DNA from: Myxococcota bacterium
GTDB taxonomy: Bacteria > Myxococcota_A > UBA796 > UBA2385
Assembly: GCA_044344255.1 (NCBI GenBank)
Contig: JBIJDH010000003.1
Location: 512,001 to 576,000, forward strand
Direction: 5' to 3'
DNA: 64,000 nucleotides
Below are positions 29,259 to 38,830 of this stretch, one piece after another. The stretch's first letter is position 1, and each line of letters begins with the position of its first letter. The translations under genes were made by a program, and so were the position numbers. Under the pieces are notes generated by a model that did not search any database, was not told the origin of the DNA, and saw nothing but the letters and a program-made list of their open reading frames with translations.

Positions 29259-30872
29259 ATGTCGCGATCCACCCGCCCCCCCCCATTGGCTGAGACCGCG
29301 CTCCCGAGCGGTCCGAAGTCGAAGTTTGAGTTCGACCCCATGATCGGCACCGTCGTAGCGGGCCGGTATACGGTGTTGAAGGTGATCTCCCGGGGTGGTC
29401 TGTCGCGGGTCTACCTTGCTCTGCCGGCTGGCTCCAAGGAGCCCGTGGCGATCAAGATCCTGCTCGAAGACGACGACATCGATAACCACGCTGAGCTCAT
29501 CTCGCGGTTCCACCGGGAGGCTGCGACCCTCTCTCGGCTCTCGCATCCCAACACCGTGCGGGTGCTCGATCACGGCAAGGACCCTGGCTTTCATTGGCTG
29601 GTGATGGAGTTCGTGGCCGACACCACCCTCCAACAGCGCCTGAGGGAGGGCGCCCTCTCCCCGGCTCAGGCCGTCGAGGTGATCGAGCAAGTCTGTTGTT
29701 CTCTCGAGGAGGCACATCAGCTGGGGCTCATCCACCGTGACCTCAAGCCCACCAACATCTTCGTGAGCACGCGGGCGCAGGAGGGGGTTCGGGTCAAGCT
29801 GATGGACTTCGGCATCGCCAAGGACATCGAGGACTGTACGGGCGTCACTCGCCAGGGCGCCCTCGTCGGCACGCCCGGCTACATGGCGCCTGAGCAGGTC
29901 ATGGGCGACACCGTGGACGCCCGCACCGACGTCTACGCGCTCGGCGTGTTGCTGTATCGGATGCTGCTCGGGCGGACGCCCTTCAGCCACCTCACGGGCC
30001 CGGCCGTGCTGGTGGCCCCGCTTCGGGCCGATCCGCCTCCGTTCAACACCATCGAGCCGAACCACGGACTCCCGGACACCCTCGAGTGGACGGTGATGCG
30101 CTGCCTGGAGCGAGCCCCGAGCGCTCGCTTCGCCGACGTGACGGAGCTCCGGCGCGCCCTGCGGGTCTGCCGATACTCCCTGGCCCACCCGACCGCCTCG
30201 CTGCCCGTCTCCCTGGTTCGGGGGAGGGTCGAGGCGCCCGATCATGTGCTTGAGGGCTTCTCCACCCAGTCCACGATCCAGCGGGCCCCGATCTTGGGGG
30301 GCGCGGGTTCGCTCTCCAGCCGCGCGTCGGCGCCGTGGCGGGATCGACGGGTCCTCGCCGCGGCGGGGCTCGCTCTGCTCGTCGTTTTGGTCGGCGCGGG
30401 ATGGGCGGCGCTGCACCGGGGGCGCGCCACGCCGTCGCGAGTGGATGAGACCCCCGTCGTCGCCTCACCGGCGCCGGTCGGTGTCCCCGCGTCCGCCCCA
30501 GCGGTGAAGGCCGAGTCCAGCGCCCCAGACGCTGGCCCCGTCACCCTGGCGGGCCTCACGGTCCGCGTGGTGGACGCCGGACTCCTCGTCTCCGGCCGCA
30601 CGAGCGGGCCCACGGCGCCCCCCATCGGCTACGTCCTGGACGGCGCGAACGGTCGCCCCCGCTACGTCGTCAAGTTCGCGGGGGTCAAGAGCGACGGCAC
30701 CCTTGCCCGAACTCCGGTGAACTCCCCGCTCGTGACCGGAGTGACTGTGACCGAGCTGGGTGAGCAGCTGATCGTCACCGTGGTGGCCGGCCCGGAGGCG
30801 CGGTGGGCGCCGCCCTCCTTCCACCCCAAGGAGGCTGGCTTCGAGGTTCTGATTACGCCCCGGGCTCCTTGA
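29259..30872 (+). CDS. Transmembrane Ser/Thr protein kinase with AMIN-like extracytoplasmic domain
   Basis: VAIKIL, HRDLKPTNIF, KLMDFGIAK, GTPGYMAPEQ and DVYALG, followed by a TM helix and a beta-rich C-terminal domain. Confidence 0.92.
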   Translation: MSRSTRPPPLAETALPSGPKSKFEFDPMIGTVVAGRYTVLKVISRGGLSRVYLALPAGSKEPVAIKILLEDDDIDNHAELISRFHREAATLSRLSHPNTVRVLDHGKDPGFHWLVMEFVADTTLQQRLREGALSPAQAVEVIEQVCCSLEEAHQLGLIHRDLKPTNIFVSTRAQEGVRVKLMDFGIAKDIEDCTGVTRQGALVGTPGYMAPEQVMGDTVDARTDVYALGVLLYRMLLGRTPFSHLTGPAVLVAPLRADPPPFNTIEPNHGLPDTLEWTVMRCLERAPSARFADVTELRRALRVCRYSLAHPTASLPVSLVRGRVEAPDHVLEGFSTQSTIQRAPILGGAGSLSSRASAPWRDRRVLAAAGLALLVVLVGAGWAALHRGRATPSRVDETPVVASPAPVGVPASAPAVKAESSAPDAGPVTLAGLTVRVVDAGLLVSGRTSGPTAPPIGYVLDGANGRPRYVVKFAGVKSDGTLARTPVNSPLVTGVTVTELGEQLIVTVVAGPEARWAPPSFHPKEAGFEVLITPRAP

Positions 30873-32271
30873 GCGAGGGCCTCGGCGCGCCGCGACGCCG
30901 GCGGAGCGGGTAGAGACCCAACAAGCTGGCGAGCAGGGCCGTCGGGGCGCTCGTCTCCAGCGTGAGCTTCCCGCTCTCGCAGCCGCAGCCGGCCTTGCCG
31001 TCGTTGGCGCCCGGGCCGGTCGGATCGTCGTCCGCGGTGGGCGGGCGGTTGTCGGGCTGGGCGCTGTCGTCGGGCTGGGCGCTGTCCGTGCCGCTGTCTT
31101 CGGGCTCGGGTGCGTTGAGGTGGAGCGTGTAGGCGGCGCCGTCCTCGAGACCGGTCACGGCGATCCGCTCGCCCGCCGAGACGACCACCGCGCTGCCCTG
31201 CTCTGCGGCCCCGCCCAGCACCACGGGACCCTCCGCGGTCACCGTGGCGGCGGCCGTGGCCCGGTAGTAGTGGCTCCCGAGCAGGGGGAGCTCGCCGGGC
31301 TGGCCGTCGACGAGGTCCACCACGGGGCTGACCGGCGTATACTCCGACCACTCCTCGAGGCTGGCGTTGCCGTATGCGCCAGTGAAGCCTCCCCACAGCT
31401 CGGCGAGGGTCGAGCCGGTGCTGAGCGGCAGCAGCGTGTCCCAGTGGGCGGCGGGGTCAGTGGAGCTGGCGGTCCAGACCGAGAGCATTCCGCCCGGGCC
31501 GGTCTTCTGTTGCTCCAACCAAGCGTTGAACACGAACATGCCGTATTCGTGTGTGGAGTCGTGGGTGTCGTAGCGTTCGTCGGCGGCCTCTGCGTACCAG
31601 GCGCTGGCGTACTGGAAGCCGTCACGATCGGGATCGGAGAGCTCGCTCGCCCAGGTCGCTGAGGCCTCCCAGTACCAGGCCTCATTGGGGTCGGAGCCGT
31701 CCCAGGCGCGCATCGCATACTGGATGGTGTGCATGAACTCGTGGGCGGACAGGGCCCCCCAGAAATCCACCTCGGATGCCCAGTCAGGGTTTAGGTAGAT
31801 CACAGGGTATCCCGAGGGGAATTCGTCTGTGTAGTAGATCGTGGTGTAGCCGGTGCCGCTGAGGCTCGGATCGAGGAGCACCCAGAGGTAATAGGTGTCG
31901 GAGGAGACTGGCGCCGTCCAGCCTCCCTCGTCGACGAAGGCCGTCCACGCTCCCTCCAAGGCCTCGCCCGCGCGCGTGGCCTGATCTTCGGTGATGCCCG
32001 CCTCCCACCAGTTGATCGAGAAGTGCTCCGTCTCGATGTGGTGTTCGTAGGGGGAGCCGTAGATCACCCGCCCCTCGGCCGCGGCGCGGCTGCGGCCGTC
32101 GAGCTGAGGCGGCGGGAGGAGCATCCCCGGGTGCCTGGGCGCGAGATCGCCTCGGAGGGCGGAGAGGGCCTCGGGGGTCTCACAGGTGGCCGCGAAGGCG
32201 CCGTGCAGCATGGACAGAGTGAGCAAAGGCAGAGAAGACGTGGACAGAGCGAGCAGAGCTGGAGCGATCAC
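30853..32271 (-). CDS. Secreted zinc metalloprotease (MXAN_6640-like) with MYXO-CTERM-like anchor
   Basis: GTG at 32271 after GGAGG, signal peptide, SAHEFMHTIQY, WYWEASATW, and C-terminal GCGC...hydrophobic...RRRR. Confidence 0.82.
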   Translation of the reverse strand: MIAPALLALSTSSLPLLTLSMLHGAFAATCETPEALSALRGDLAPRHPGMLLPPPQLDGRSRAAAEGRVIYGSPYEHHIETEHFSINWWEAGITEDQATRAGEALEGAWTAFVDEGGWTAPVSSDTYYLWVLLDPSLSGTGYTTIYYTDEFPSGYPVIYLNPDWASEVDFWGALSAHEFMHTIQYAMRAWDGSDPNEAWYWEASATWASELSDPDRDGFQYASAWYAEAADERYDTHDSTHEYGMFVFNAWLEQQKTGPGGMLSVWTASSTDPAAHWDTLLPLSTGSTLAELWGGFTGAYGNASLEEWSEYTPVSPVVDLVDGQPGELPLLGSHYYRATAAATVTAEGPVVLGGAAEQGSAVVVSAGERIAVTGLEDGAAYTLHLNAPEPEDSGTDSAQPDDSAQPDNRPPTADDDPTGPGANDGKAGCGCESGKLTLETSAPTALLASLLGLYPLRRRRGAPRPSLKEPGA

Positions 32272-32464
32272 GGGGCCTCCTCCGGGTAGGGTAGCCGACC
32301 GTGCCCGGTTCGGCCGCACGCCGGTTGACCTCGGAAGCGGCTACGCTCTGGCGCGGCCGACCGCTCCGATCGGCGGTCGGCGCGAGGCCGACCCCGGCTT
32401 GAGATCGGGGTGCGGATCGGCGACGGATCGCGCCCGAGCGGCGCCAGTGAGCAGCGGAGCGGTC

Positions 32465-34105
32465 GTGTCGGAAACCTCGGAATTGGAAGTCCCTGAGACG
32501 CTGGACGGCGGTCGGTACCGCATCGAGCGGGTCATCGGCGCCGGTGGCGCGGCGAGGGTGCTGCTCGCCTTCGATACACGGATGGGGGTGCGTCGGGCGA
32601 TCAAGCTCCTGCACCCGCACGTCGCCCGGTCGGAGGCCAACCGGAGCCGCTTCAAGGCCGAGGCCCACGCCCAGGCCGATCTCAAGCACGGCAACGTGTT
32701 GATGGTGCACGACGCCATCGAGGACGCGCAGGGCGTCTACCTCGTGATGGAGCTCGCAGAGAGCGACAGCCTGGGCCAGCGCGTCCAGGCCCAGGGGGCG
32801 ATGCCGCTGCGCGACGTCGTGGAGGTGGGCCTGGCGATCGGCGGGGCCCTCTCGGTGGCCCACGCCTCCGGGCTCGTTCACCGAGACATCAAACCGGCCA
32901 ACATCCTCGTGGACCGGCATGGGGTCTACAAGCTCGCAGACTTCGGGATCGCCCGCGCTGAGGGGCGGGAGCAGGAGCTCACCCAGGCCGGCATGGTCAT
33001 GGGCACGTGGGCCTTCATGCCGCCCGAGCAGCGCGAAGACAGCCACCAGGTGGATCCTCGCTCGGACGTCTACGCCTTCGGCGTGACCCTCTACGCCCTG
33101 CTGAAGGGCCGGCACGCTCAGAGCCTGCACAACCAGGAGGCTTGGGCGGTGGCCTTCGCGGGCGTGCCCCCTGCGTTCGCCGCGATCATCCAGCGGGCCA
33201 CCCGCCTGTACCCAGAAGACCGGTACCCGGACATGTTGGCGATGGTGGCCGAGCTCCAGCGCTTCAAGGAGGCGATGGAGAGGGCCGGCGACGACCCCGG
33301 GGCCCTGCCCTCGCCCGCCCTGGCCGGGAGCGCAGGCGTTCACACGCTCGTCGGCACCACCGCGGTGCCGGCCCTCGATGACGGTAAGACCTTCCTGCCA
33401 GAGGCGATGTCGGCGCAGGGCCTCACCGGCCAGCGCCGTTCCCGCGGGCCGCTCCTGATTGGCGTCGCCGTCGGGGTGGGCCTGCTCTTCTTCCTGGGGG
33501 TCGTCGGGGCCGGGCTCGCCCTGTTGGGAGGGGAGCGAGGTGAGTCAACGGGGGCGCCCGAGGCGACGGAGGCTGCGCTCCCGGCGGCGCCCTCGGAGAC
33601 CGCCGCCGCCCTGCCCGCTCCCGAGGTCGCGGGCCCCGGTGGCGCCGTCTCGGCGCCCCCACAGCCGGTCCCTGCCAGCGCTCCGACCGCGGCGGCGGCC
33701 CGGGGCGCGGCGCCGACCAGCGGGGCCGCCGCGCGCGCCGCCGCGCCGCCCGAGGCGAGCGCAGGAGCGTCGAAGGGCCCGCGGGTCATCGCGGTGATCT
33801 CGACCGATGAGGCGTCGAGCGGCGGCACGAGCCCGCCCCCGGTCGCCGACGGCGCGGCCACCACCGAGCCGATGGGGAAGGTGGTGCTGCGCACGGTGCC
33901 TAGCGGGGCGACGGTGCGGCTTCGGGGTCGCGCGCTCTCTCCGGGGGCCGGCGGAGCCTTGGAGCTGCCCGCGGGGGGGCACACCCTTGAGCTGACCAGC
34001 CCTTCGGGGGAGAGCATCCGCGTCGCCGTCTCGGTGAGCCCCTCCGAGACCGTGCAGCTCTGCTACAACTTCGACACGAACTCCGCCTGTGCGGGTGTCC
34101 CCTGA
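32465..34105 (+). CDS. Transmembrane Ser/Thr protein kinase with C-terminal PEGA-like domain
   Basis: GAGGAARV, RAIKLL, HRDIKPANIL, KLADFGIAR, GTWAFMPPEQ, a TM helix and LRTVPSGATV. Confidence 0.92.
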   Translation: MSETSELEVPETLDGGRYRIERVIGAGGAARVLLAFDTRMGVRRAIKLLHPHVARSEANRSRFKAEAHAQADLKHGNVLMVHDAIEDAQGVYLVMELAESDSLGQRVQAQGAMPLRDVVEVGLAIGGALSVAHASGLVHRDIKPANILVDRHGVYKLADFGIARAEGREQELTQAGMVMGTWAFMPPEQREDSHQVDPRSDVYAFGVTLYALLKGRHAQSLHNQEAWAVAFAGVPPAFAAIIQRATRLYPEDRYPDMLAMVAELQRFKEAMERAGDDPGALPSPALAGSAGVHTLVGTTAVPALDDGKTFLPEAMSAQGLTGQRRSRGPLLIGVAVGVGLLFFLGVVGAGLALLGGERGESTGAPEATEAALPAAPSETAAALPAPEVAGPGGAVSAPPQPVPASAPTAAAARGAAPTSGAAARAAAPPEASAGASKGPRVIAVISTDEASSGGTSPPPVADGAATTEPMGKVVLRTVPSGATVRLRGRALSPGAGGALELPAGGHTLELTSPSGESIRVAVSVSPSETVQLCYNFDTNSACAGVP

Positions 34106-35079
34106 GCGCGCGCCGCCCCTCGGGGCTCCTCCTCCTCGGGCTGTCGCTGGCGGGCGGTGCGCTCTCCGGCCTCGCCCGCGCGGCGACGCCCGTGGTCCAT
34201 GACGGGGGAGATCCCGCCGCTGTCCTGGCGGAGGTCGCCCACCGCACGGGCCTCCCGCTCAGCCAGTTCGAGGCCACCGCGCTCGACTCGCTCTTGCGGG
34301 CGACCCCGCGCGTGATGGGCGGGGCCACGTTGCGGCACTGCGCCGGCGCTCCCACTCGGGCCGCCGAGCTCCGCGCCAACGCGGTGCGGGCGGAGGCGGC
34401 CTGGCGCGACGGGCGGGCGGCCGAGGCCCTGGATCAGCTCGATCTCGGCATCGGAGGCCTTGGCTGCCTGGGAGAGCGGGTGGAGCCTCCGGTGGCGGCG
34501 CGGCTGTTTCAGCTCCGCGGAGGCATCCTCGCCCAACGGGGTGAGCTCGAGTCCGCTCAGGCCGAGCTCCGCACCGCGCTCAGCTTCGCGCCAGCGGCGA
34601 TGTGGGATCAGGCGCTGCCGAGCGAGGGGCTCACGATCTTCCACGCGCTGCGCTCCGAGTCCCCGAGCGCGCGCCTCCGCCTCGCGCCGGCCGGCGCCTC
34701 GGTTGGGCCATCCGTCGACGGCCGCGGCGCCCCGGCGGGTGAGCCCATCCTCGAGCTCCGCCCGGGGCTGCACCTCGTGCAGATCCCGAGCACCGCTGGG
34801 CTTCGCTCGGCCTGGCTCACCGTCGAGGGGGACGCCACGCTGATCGTCCCCGGCTCCTACCGCCGACCGGTCTTGGAGCAGCTCGCCCTCCCGGAGGCCG
34901 CGCCCGACGTCGAGCGCCTCCTCCTCTCCACCCTCGGCGTCGAGGCGACCTACGCGGCCTCCGGCGGCGGGCTCTGGCTCATCTCCACCGACGAGTCCGG
35001 GCCGCACACCACGACCCTCATCTCGCTACCGCCGCCCGTCGAGGCCGCGCCCGAGAAGGGGCGGCGCCGAGATCGGTGA
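34102..35079 (+). CDS. Exported hypothetical protein with TPR-like helices (probable CTG start)
   Basis: ORF 34192..35079 extends in frame to a CTG overlapping the kinase TGA, giving the signal peptide SARRPSGLLLLGLSLAGGALSGLARA. Confidence 0.65.
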   Translation: MSARRPSGLLLLGLSLAGGALSGLARAATPVVHDGGDPAAVLAEVAHRTGLPLSQFEATALDSLLRATPRVMGGATLRHCAGAPTRAAELRANAVRAEAAWRDGRAAEALDQLDLGIGGLGCLGERVEPPVAARLFQLRGGILAQRGELESAQAELRTALSFAPAAMWDQALPSEGLTIFHALRSESPSARLRLAPAGASVGPSVDGRGAPAGEPILELRPGLHLVQIPSTAGLRSAWLTVEGDATLIVPGSYRRPVLEQLALPEAAPDVERLLLSTLGVEATYAASGGGLWLISTDESGPHTTTLISLPPPVEAAPEKGRRRDR

Positions 35080-35100
35080 GCCGGTGAGCGGCCGGCCGCT

Positions 35101-37803
35101 TTAGAAGAAGGCGAAGCCACACGAGAAGGCGAGGGTGGCCTGGAGGAGCGGGAAGGTGCTCGTCTCGTCTTCGTCGAAGTCGTGGAGGTCGATGATGCCG
35201 TACTGGCCCATCCCCATCTCGACCCGTGTGTAGAAGAACTTGCTCTCGCTGTACATGCCCAAGCGCGCGCTCAGCCCGGTGCGGGTCAGCGGCGAGCTGA
35301 GCTGGCCACCGCTCGCCTGGAGCTGGTGGACGCCGGCCATCCCGTAGAGGCCGCGGGCCTTGTTGTTGGGGTAGAGGCGGAGCCCGGCGTCCATGTAGGT
35401 GAAGTCCGGCGGGTCGTCGGGGTAGCTGCCCCCCTCGATTTGGACCATCACGCCGCCCGCTCCGGGGATGTAGGAGTAGGAGCCCGTGAGGGCGATGGCC
35501 GGACCGACGGGGATCGGCACCACCAGCTCACCCTCGCCGCCGGCGATGGAGGGGAAGCCGAGGTGGAGGCCGAGGCGGACGTGACGCCGGTCGGCGTTGA
35601 CGCTGTAGCGCTGCGCCAACTCTTTGGCCTTGGTGCGGTCTTTCTCGACGCCCTTGCCCTTCTGGTACATCGCGCCGAGCTGCTTGCAGCTCTCAAAGTG
35701 CCCGTTGTCACAGGCACTCTGGAGGTGTGCGGCGGCGATCTCATCGTCGAAGCTGGTCTCTCTCTGGAGGTGGACGTCCGCGAGGGCGGCGCAGGCGGTG
35801 CCGAAGTCGCCTTCGCAGGAGCGCTCGAGGAGGAGGTAGGCGGCCTCGGGCGGGTCCCCCTTACGCGGGAGGTCGGCCTCGGCCTGCCAATAGCAGCCCT
35901 CGGCGTCGCCGTGCTCACAGCCGCGCGCGAGGTAGGCGGCAGGCGGCTGCTCACTCGGCCAGGGCGGATCGTGCTTGTTCGTGACGAAGCGGCCCAGCGC
36001 AGTGCAGGCGCTGGCCTCCCCGGTGTCGCAGGCCTTCGTCCAAGCGCTGTAGGCCTCTGCCCAGCTCTTCTTCGAGCGCGACCAGCGCTCACCGAGGCCT
36101 GCACAGCCCACCGGGCTGCCGAGCTCGCAGGCCCGATCCCACATCTCTTCGGGGCCAGGGGCCTCGATCTTGCGGGCGGCGCCGATGCGACGCTGCTCGG
36201 CGCCGGCGATGCAGGCGCTCGGGAGGCCGCTCGAGCAGGCGGTGGAGAAGAGGGTCAGAGCTTGGCCGTACGCGAGGTCGCGGGGCTCGTGGCGGACGAG
36301 GAGGTGGGCGGTGCCCACACAGGCGCGCTGCTCCCCCTGGTCACAGGAGGCTTGGAGGGCCGCCTCGGCCTTGACCACGCGAGGGTGGGCGATGCCCCAG
36401 CGATCGACATAGTCGCCGAGTCGCACGCAGCCCTCTTCGTCACCGAGCTGGCAGGCGCGGAGGAAGGCAGAGAAGTCGTCGAGCTTCGTGGCGGAGATCG
36501 GGCCGGACTGCAGCAGCTTGCCGAGCTGGACGCAGGAGGTGGCCAGCGGGAGGGTCTCGTCTTCGCACTCGCGCACCGCCTTCAAGGCGAAGGCCTCCTG
36601 GCGGCGGCGGGCGGCGCTGTCGCAGGCCTCGGCCCGGCCGAGCACGCAGGCCTGGTCGAGGCTCAGCAGCGCCCGGTCGGGGATGTTCAGCTTGTCGAAG
36701 GCCGAGCTCAACAGCATGCAGCCTTCGCCGACGTCTTCGAGGCGGCGCAGGCGCTCCCCGAGCGAGCCGCTGGCGTCGACGGTGCAGGAGTACTCGAGGA
36801 CCCCGACGAGGGTGTCGGAGGGGCGATCGGCGGCGGTCCGCATCCGGTCTCGGGCCACCTCATGGCAGGCGTTGACGTCGCGCTCGCCGCAGGCGTTGGC
36901 CCGGGCGGCGAGGGCGGGCACGTCGAGGGCTACGGCCTCCAAGCAGGCGCGGTAGGTGCCGCCCTCACAGGCGAGCCCGAAGACGCGGAGGGCCTCGTCT
37001 TTACCGCCCTCCTTGTCGAGGAGCTGCGCCGCGATCTGTCGGCCGGCGACGAGGCAGGTCTCGGGGACCTCTGGGACGCACACCGGCAGCTCGGGCGCGC
37101 CGGCCGGCCAGGCGACGGTGTAGACGTGCAGGCCGTCCGCCTCTGGGATGGCGAGGTGGTCTCCGGCCTGCCCTTGGAAGCGGCTGAGGCGGGCGGCGCC
37201 ATTGAGCTCGGCGCGGACCCAAGCGCGGTCTCCACCCTCGACGGTGGCGGCGGTGAGCACCGCCCAGGGGGCGTCCGACAGCGACCACCAGACCTCGGGG
37301 ATGCGGAGCTCCTGGCCCTTGGCGGCGCTCGCGGCGGCGCGGGTGATCGCACCTGTGGCGGGGTCGAACACCCATGGTTGTCCCTTGTCCTTTCCCGATC
37401 CTGTGCCTTGGAGGCGGGGGCGCCCGTCTCCGGCGGCGGTCCAGCCGGCGGCGCCCTCGAGGCCCTCTGGCCAGGGCAAGCGGCCGACCTCCTCGACGAC
37501 CACGAGGGGGCCCCGGGGGACGACGAGGATGGTCTCGCCCTCGGGGGTGTCGAAGTGCAGGCGCACCGACCGGGCGGGGCCGGCGGCGACGATCCGCTGC
37601 GCTGCGAGCGGATCTCCCGCGATCTTGAGGCCATCGACGGCCGTGAGGGTCCAGCCGGCTTGCACGCCGGCAGAGGCGAAGGCGGCGGGGAGCTCGGAGG
37701 GTAGCACCCAAGCGCCGGTGGGGGCGACCTCGAAGGGCAGGGCCACGCCGGGGAGGCTGGCGGCCTCGGCGCCGAGGGAGAGGGCGAGCAGGGCCTGGAT
37801 CAT
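35101..37803 (-). CDS. Exported Cys-rich Sel1-repeat protein with N-terminal PDZ-like segment and C-terminal beta-barrel-like domain
   Basis: ATG at 37803 (MIQALLALSLGAEAA), AGVQAGWTLTAVDG, about 10 AC..G....C repeats, GKGVEKDRTKA, and amphipathic strands ending FSCGFAFF. Confidence 0.8.
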   Translation of the reverse strand: MIQALLALSLGAEAASLPGVALPFEVAPTGAWVLPSELPAAFASAGVQAGWTLTAVDGLKIAGDPLAAQRIVAAGPARSVRLHFDTPEGETILVVPRGPLVVVEEVGRLPWPEGLEGAAGWTAAGDGRPRLQGTGSGKDKGQPWVFDPATGAITRAAASAAKGQELRIPEVWWSLSDAPWAVLTAATVEGGDRAWVRAELNGAARLSRFQGQAGDHLAIPEADGLHVYTVAWPAGAPELPVCVPEVPETCLVAGRQIAAQLLDKEGGKDEALRVFGLACEGGTYRACLEAVALDVPALAARANACGERDVNACHEVARDRMRTAADRPSDTLVGVLEYSCTVDASGSLGERLRRLEDVGEGCMLLSSAFDKLNIPDRALLSLDQACVLGRAEACDSAARRRQEAFALKAVRECEDETLPLATSCVQLGKLLQSGPISATKLDDFSAFLRACQLGDEEGCVRLGDYVDRWGIAHPRVVKAEAALQASCDQGEQRACVGTAHLLVRHEPRDLAYGQALTLFSTACSSGLPSACIAGAEQRRIGAARKIEAPGPEEMWDRACELGSPVGCAGLGERWSRSKKSWAEAYSAWTKACDTGEASACTALGRFVTNKHDPPWPSEQPPAAYLARGCEHGDAEGCYWQAEADLPRKGDPPEAAYLLLERSCEGDFGTACAALADVHLQRETSFDDEIAAAHLQSACDNGHFESCKQLGAMYQKGKGVEKDRTKAKELAQRYSVNADRRHVRLGLHLGFPSIAGGEGELVVPIPVGPAIALTGSYSYIPGAGGVMVQIEGGSYPDDPPDFTYMDAGLRLYPNNKARGLYGMAGVHQLQASGGQLSSPLTRTGLSARLGMYSESKFFYTRVEMGMGQYGIIDLHDFDEDETSTFPLLQATLAFSCGFAFF

Positions 37804-37945
37804 GGTCCGGGTTCCGGGGCGATCGGGACTTTGTCGGCGGCGGGCGGGGCGGCTCCCTATCCTGCCCTCGCCTCGCCGCGGCTGTCCACCCTGTGGCGGT
37901 CCGGTGTCAGGTCGGCGTAAGGTCGGTGACCCGGGGGGAGAGCCG

Positions 37946-38830
37946 TCAGGGTGGGGGCGGGCCACCTCTGGGCTCCAGGCGGCGGAGGACGAGGCCCTCG
38001 GACAGGGGGAGGAGGAGCAGCAGCGAGCCGTCTGGCGCCGCCGAGACCCCCGCGATCGGGAGGTACTTGAGGCGGTGCAGCTCGACTGACAGCGGCTGCT
38101 CGGCGCCCGGCGCCCAGATCTCCCGCGTCGCGCGCAGCACCGGCAGGCCGCGCCGAGGCACGGTCGTCGCGCGGTCTACCACCAGCCAGGGGGGGGAGGA
38201 TCCATAGACGGAGAGCGCGACCTCGGGCTCGTCCGGGATGTCCCACTGGGCGGCGCCCACCGCGACGTGCAAGGAAGCGCCGCGGTCTTCGACGGAGATC
38301 CGAGCCTGGACGGCGCTCAGGCGCGTCGACGTGGGTGGCAGGAGCCGACCTCCGCGGGCGGTGGCGACGGGGTGGCGGTTGCCGAAGACGTCCTCCAAGA
38401 AGACGCTGTCCCCGTCCAGCTCCAGTCGGCCCCCGGTGGGCACGAGCTCGGGCACGGGGCGCCGATCGAGGAGCGTGCCCCGATCGGCGTCGTGGAGGGT
38501 GAGCTCCCGTCGCATGTCGTCCAAGACGAGCAGCGCACCCTCCGGGTTGAAGGCGAGGCCGTCGAGGCGGGGGAGTCGGAAGGTGCCGATGATCCTGCCG
38601 TCGCGGACGAGGCAGACCCGCCCGTCGGTCGACTCGAAGAAAGCCGCTCTGCCGTTCGGCCCGGCCCCGACGAGATCGCCGCCCGTGACGGCCTGGGGGC
38701 CTCGCCAGGGGAAGGTGAGGTCGGGAGCCGCAGCGGCCGGCTGAGGGGCGAGCGCCCCCCACGCGGCGGCACAGCCGACCAGCGCGCATACGAGGCCCCG
38801 GTGGGCCCGCGCGGGTGGCGACCGCGTCAC
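37946..38830 (-). CDS. Exported beta-rich hypothetical protein
   Basis: Signal-like N-terminus, GTGA overlap with the upstream Rieske gene, propeller-like strands. Confidence 0.6.
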   Translation of the reverse strand: MTRSPPARAHRGLVCALVGCAAAWGALAPQPAAAAPDLTFPWRGPQAVTGGDLVGAGPNGRAAFFESTDGRVCLVRDGRIIGTFRLPRLDGLAFNPEGALLVLDDMRRELTLHDADRGTLLDRRPVPELVPTGGRLELDGDSVFLEDVFGNRHPVATARGGRLLPPTSTRLSAVQARISVEDRGASLHVAVGAAQWDIPDEPEVALSVYGSSPPWLVVDRATTVPRRGLPVLRATREIWAPGAEQPLSVELHRLKYLPIAGVSAAPDGSLLLLLPLSEGLVLRRLEPRGGPPPP

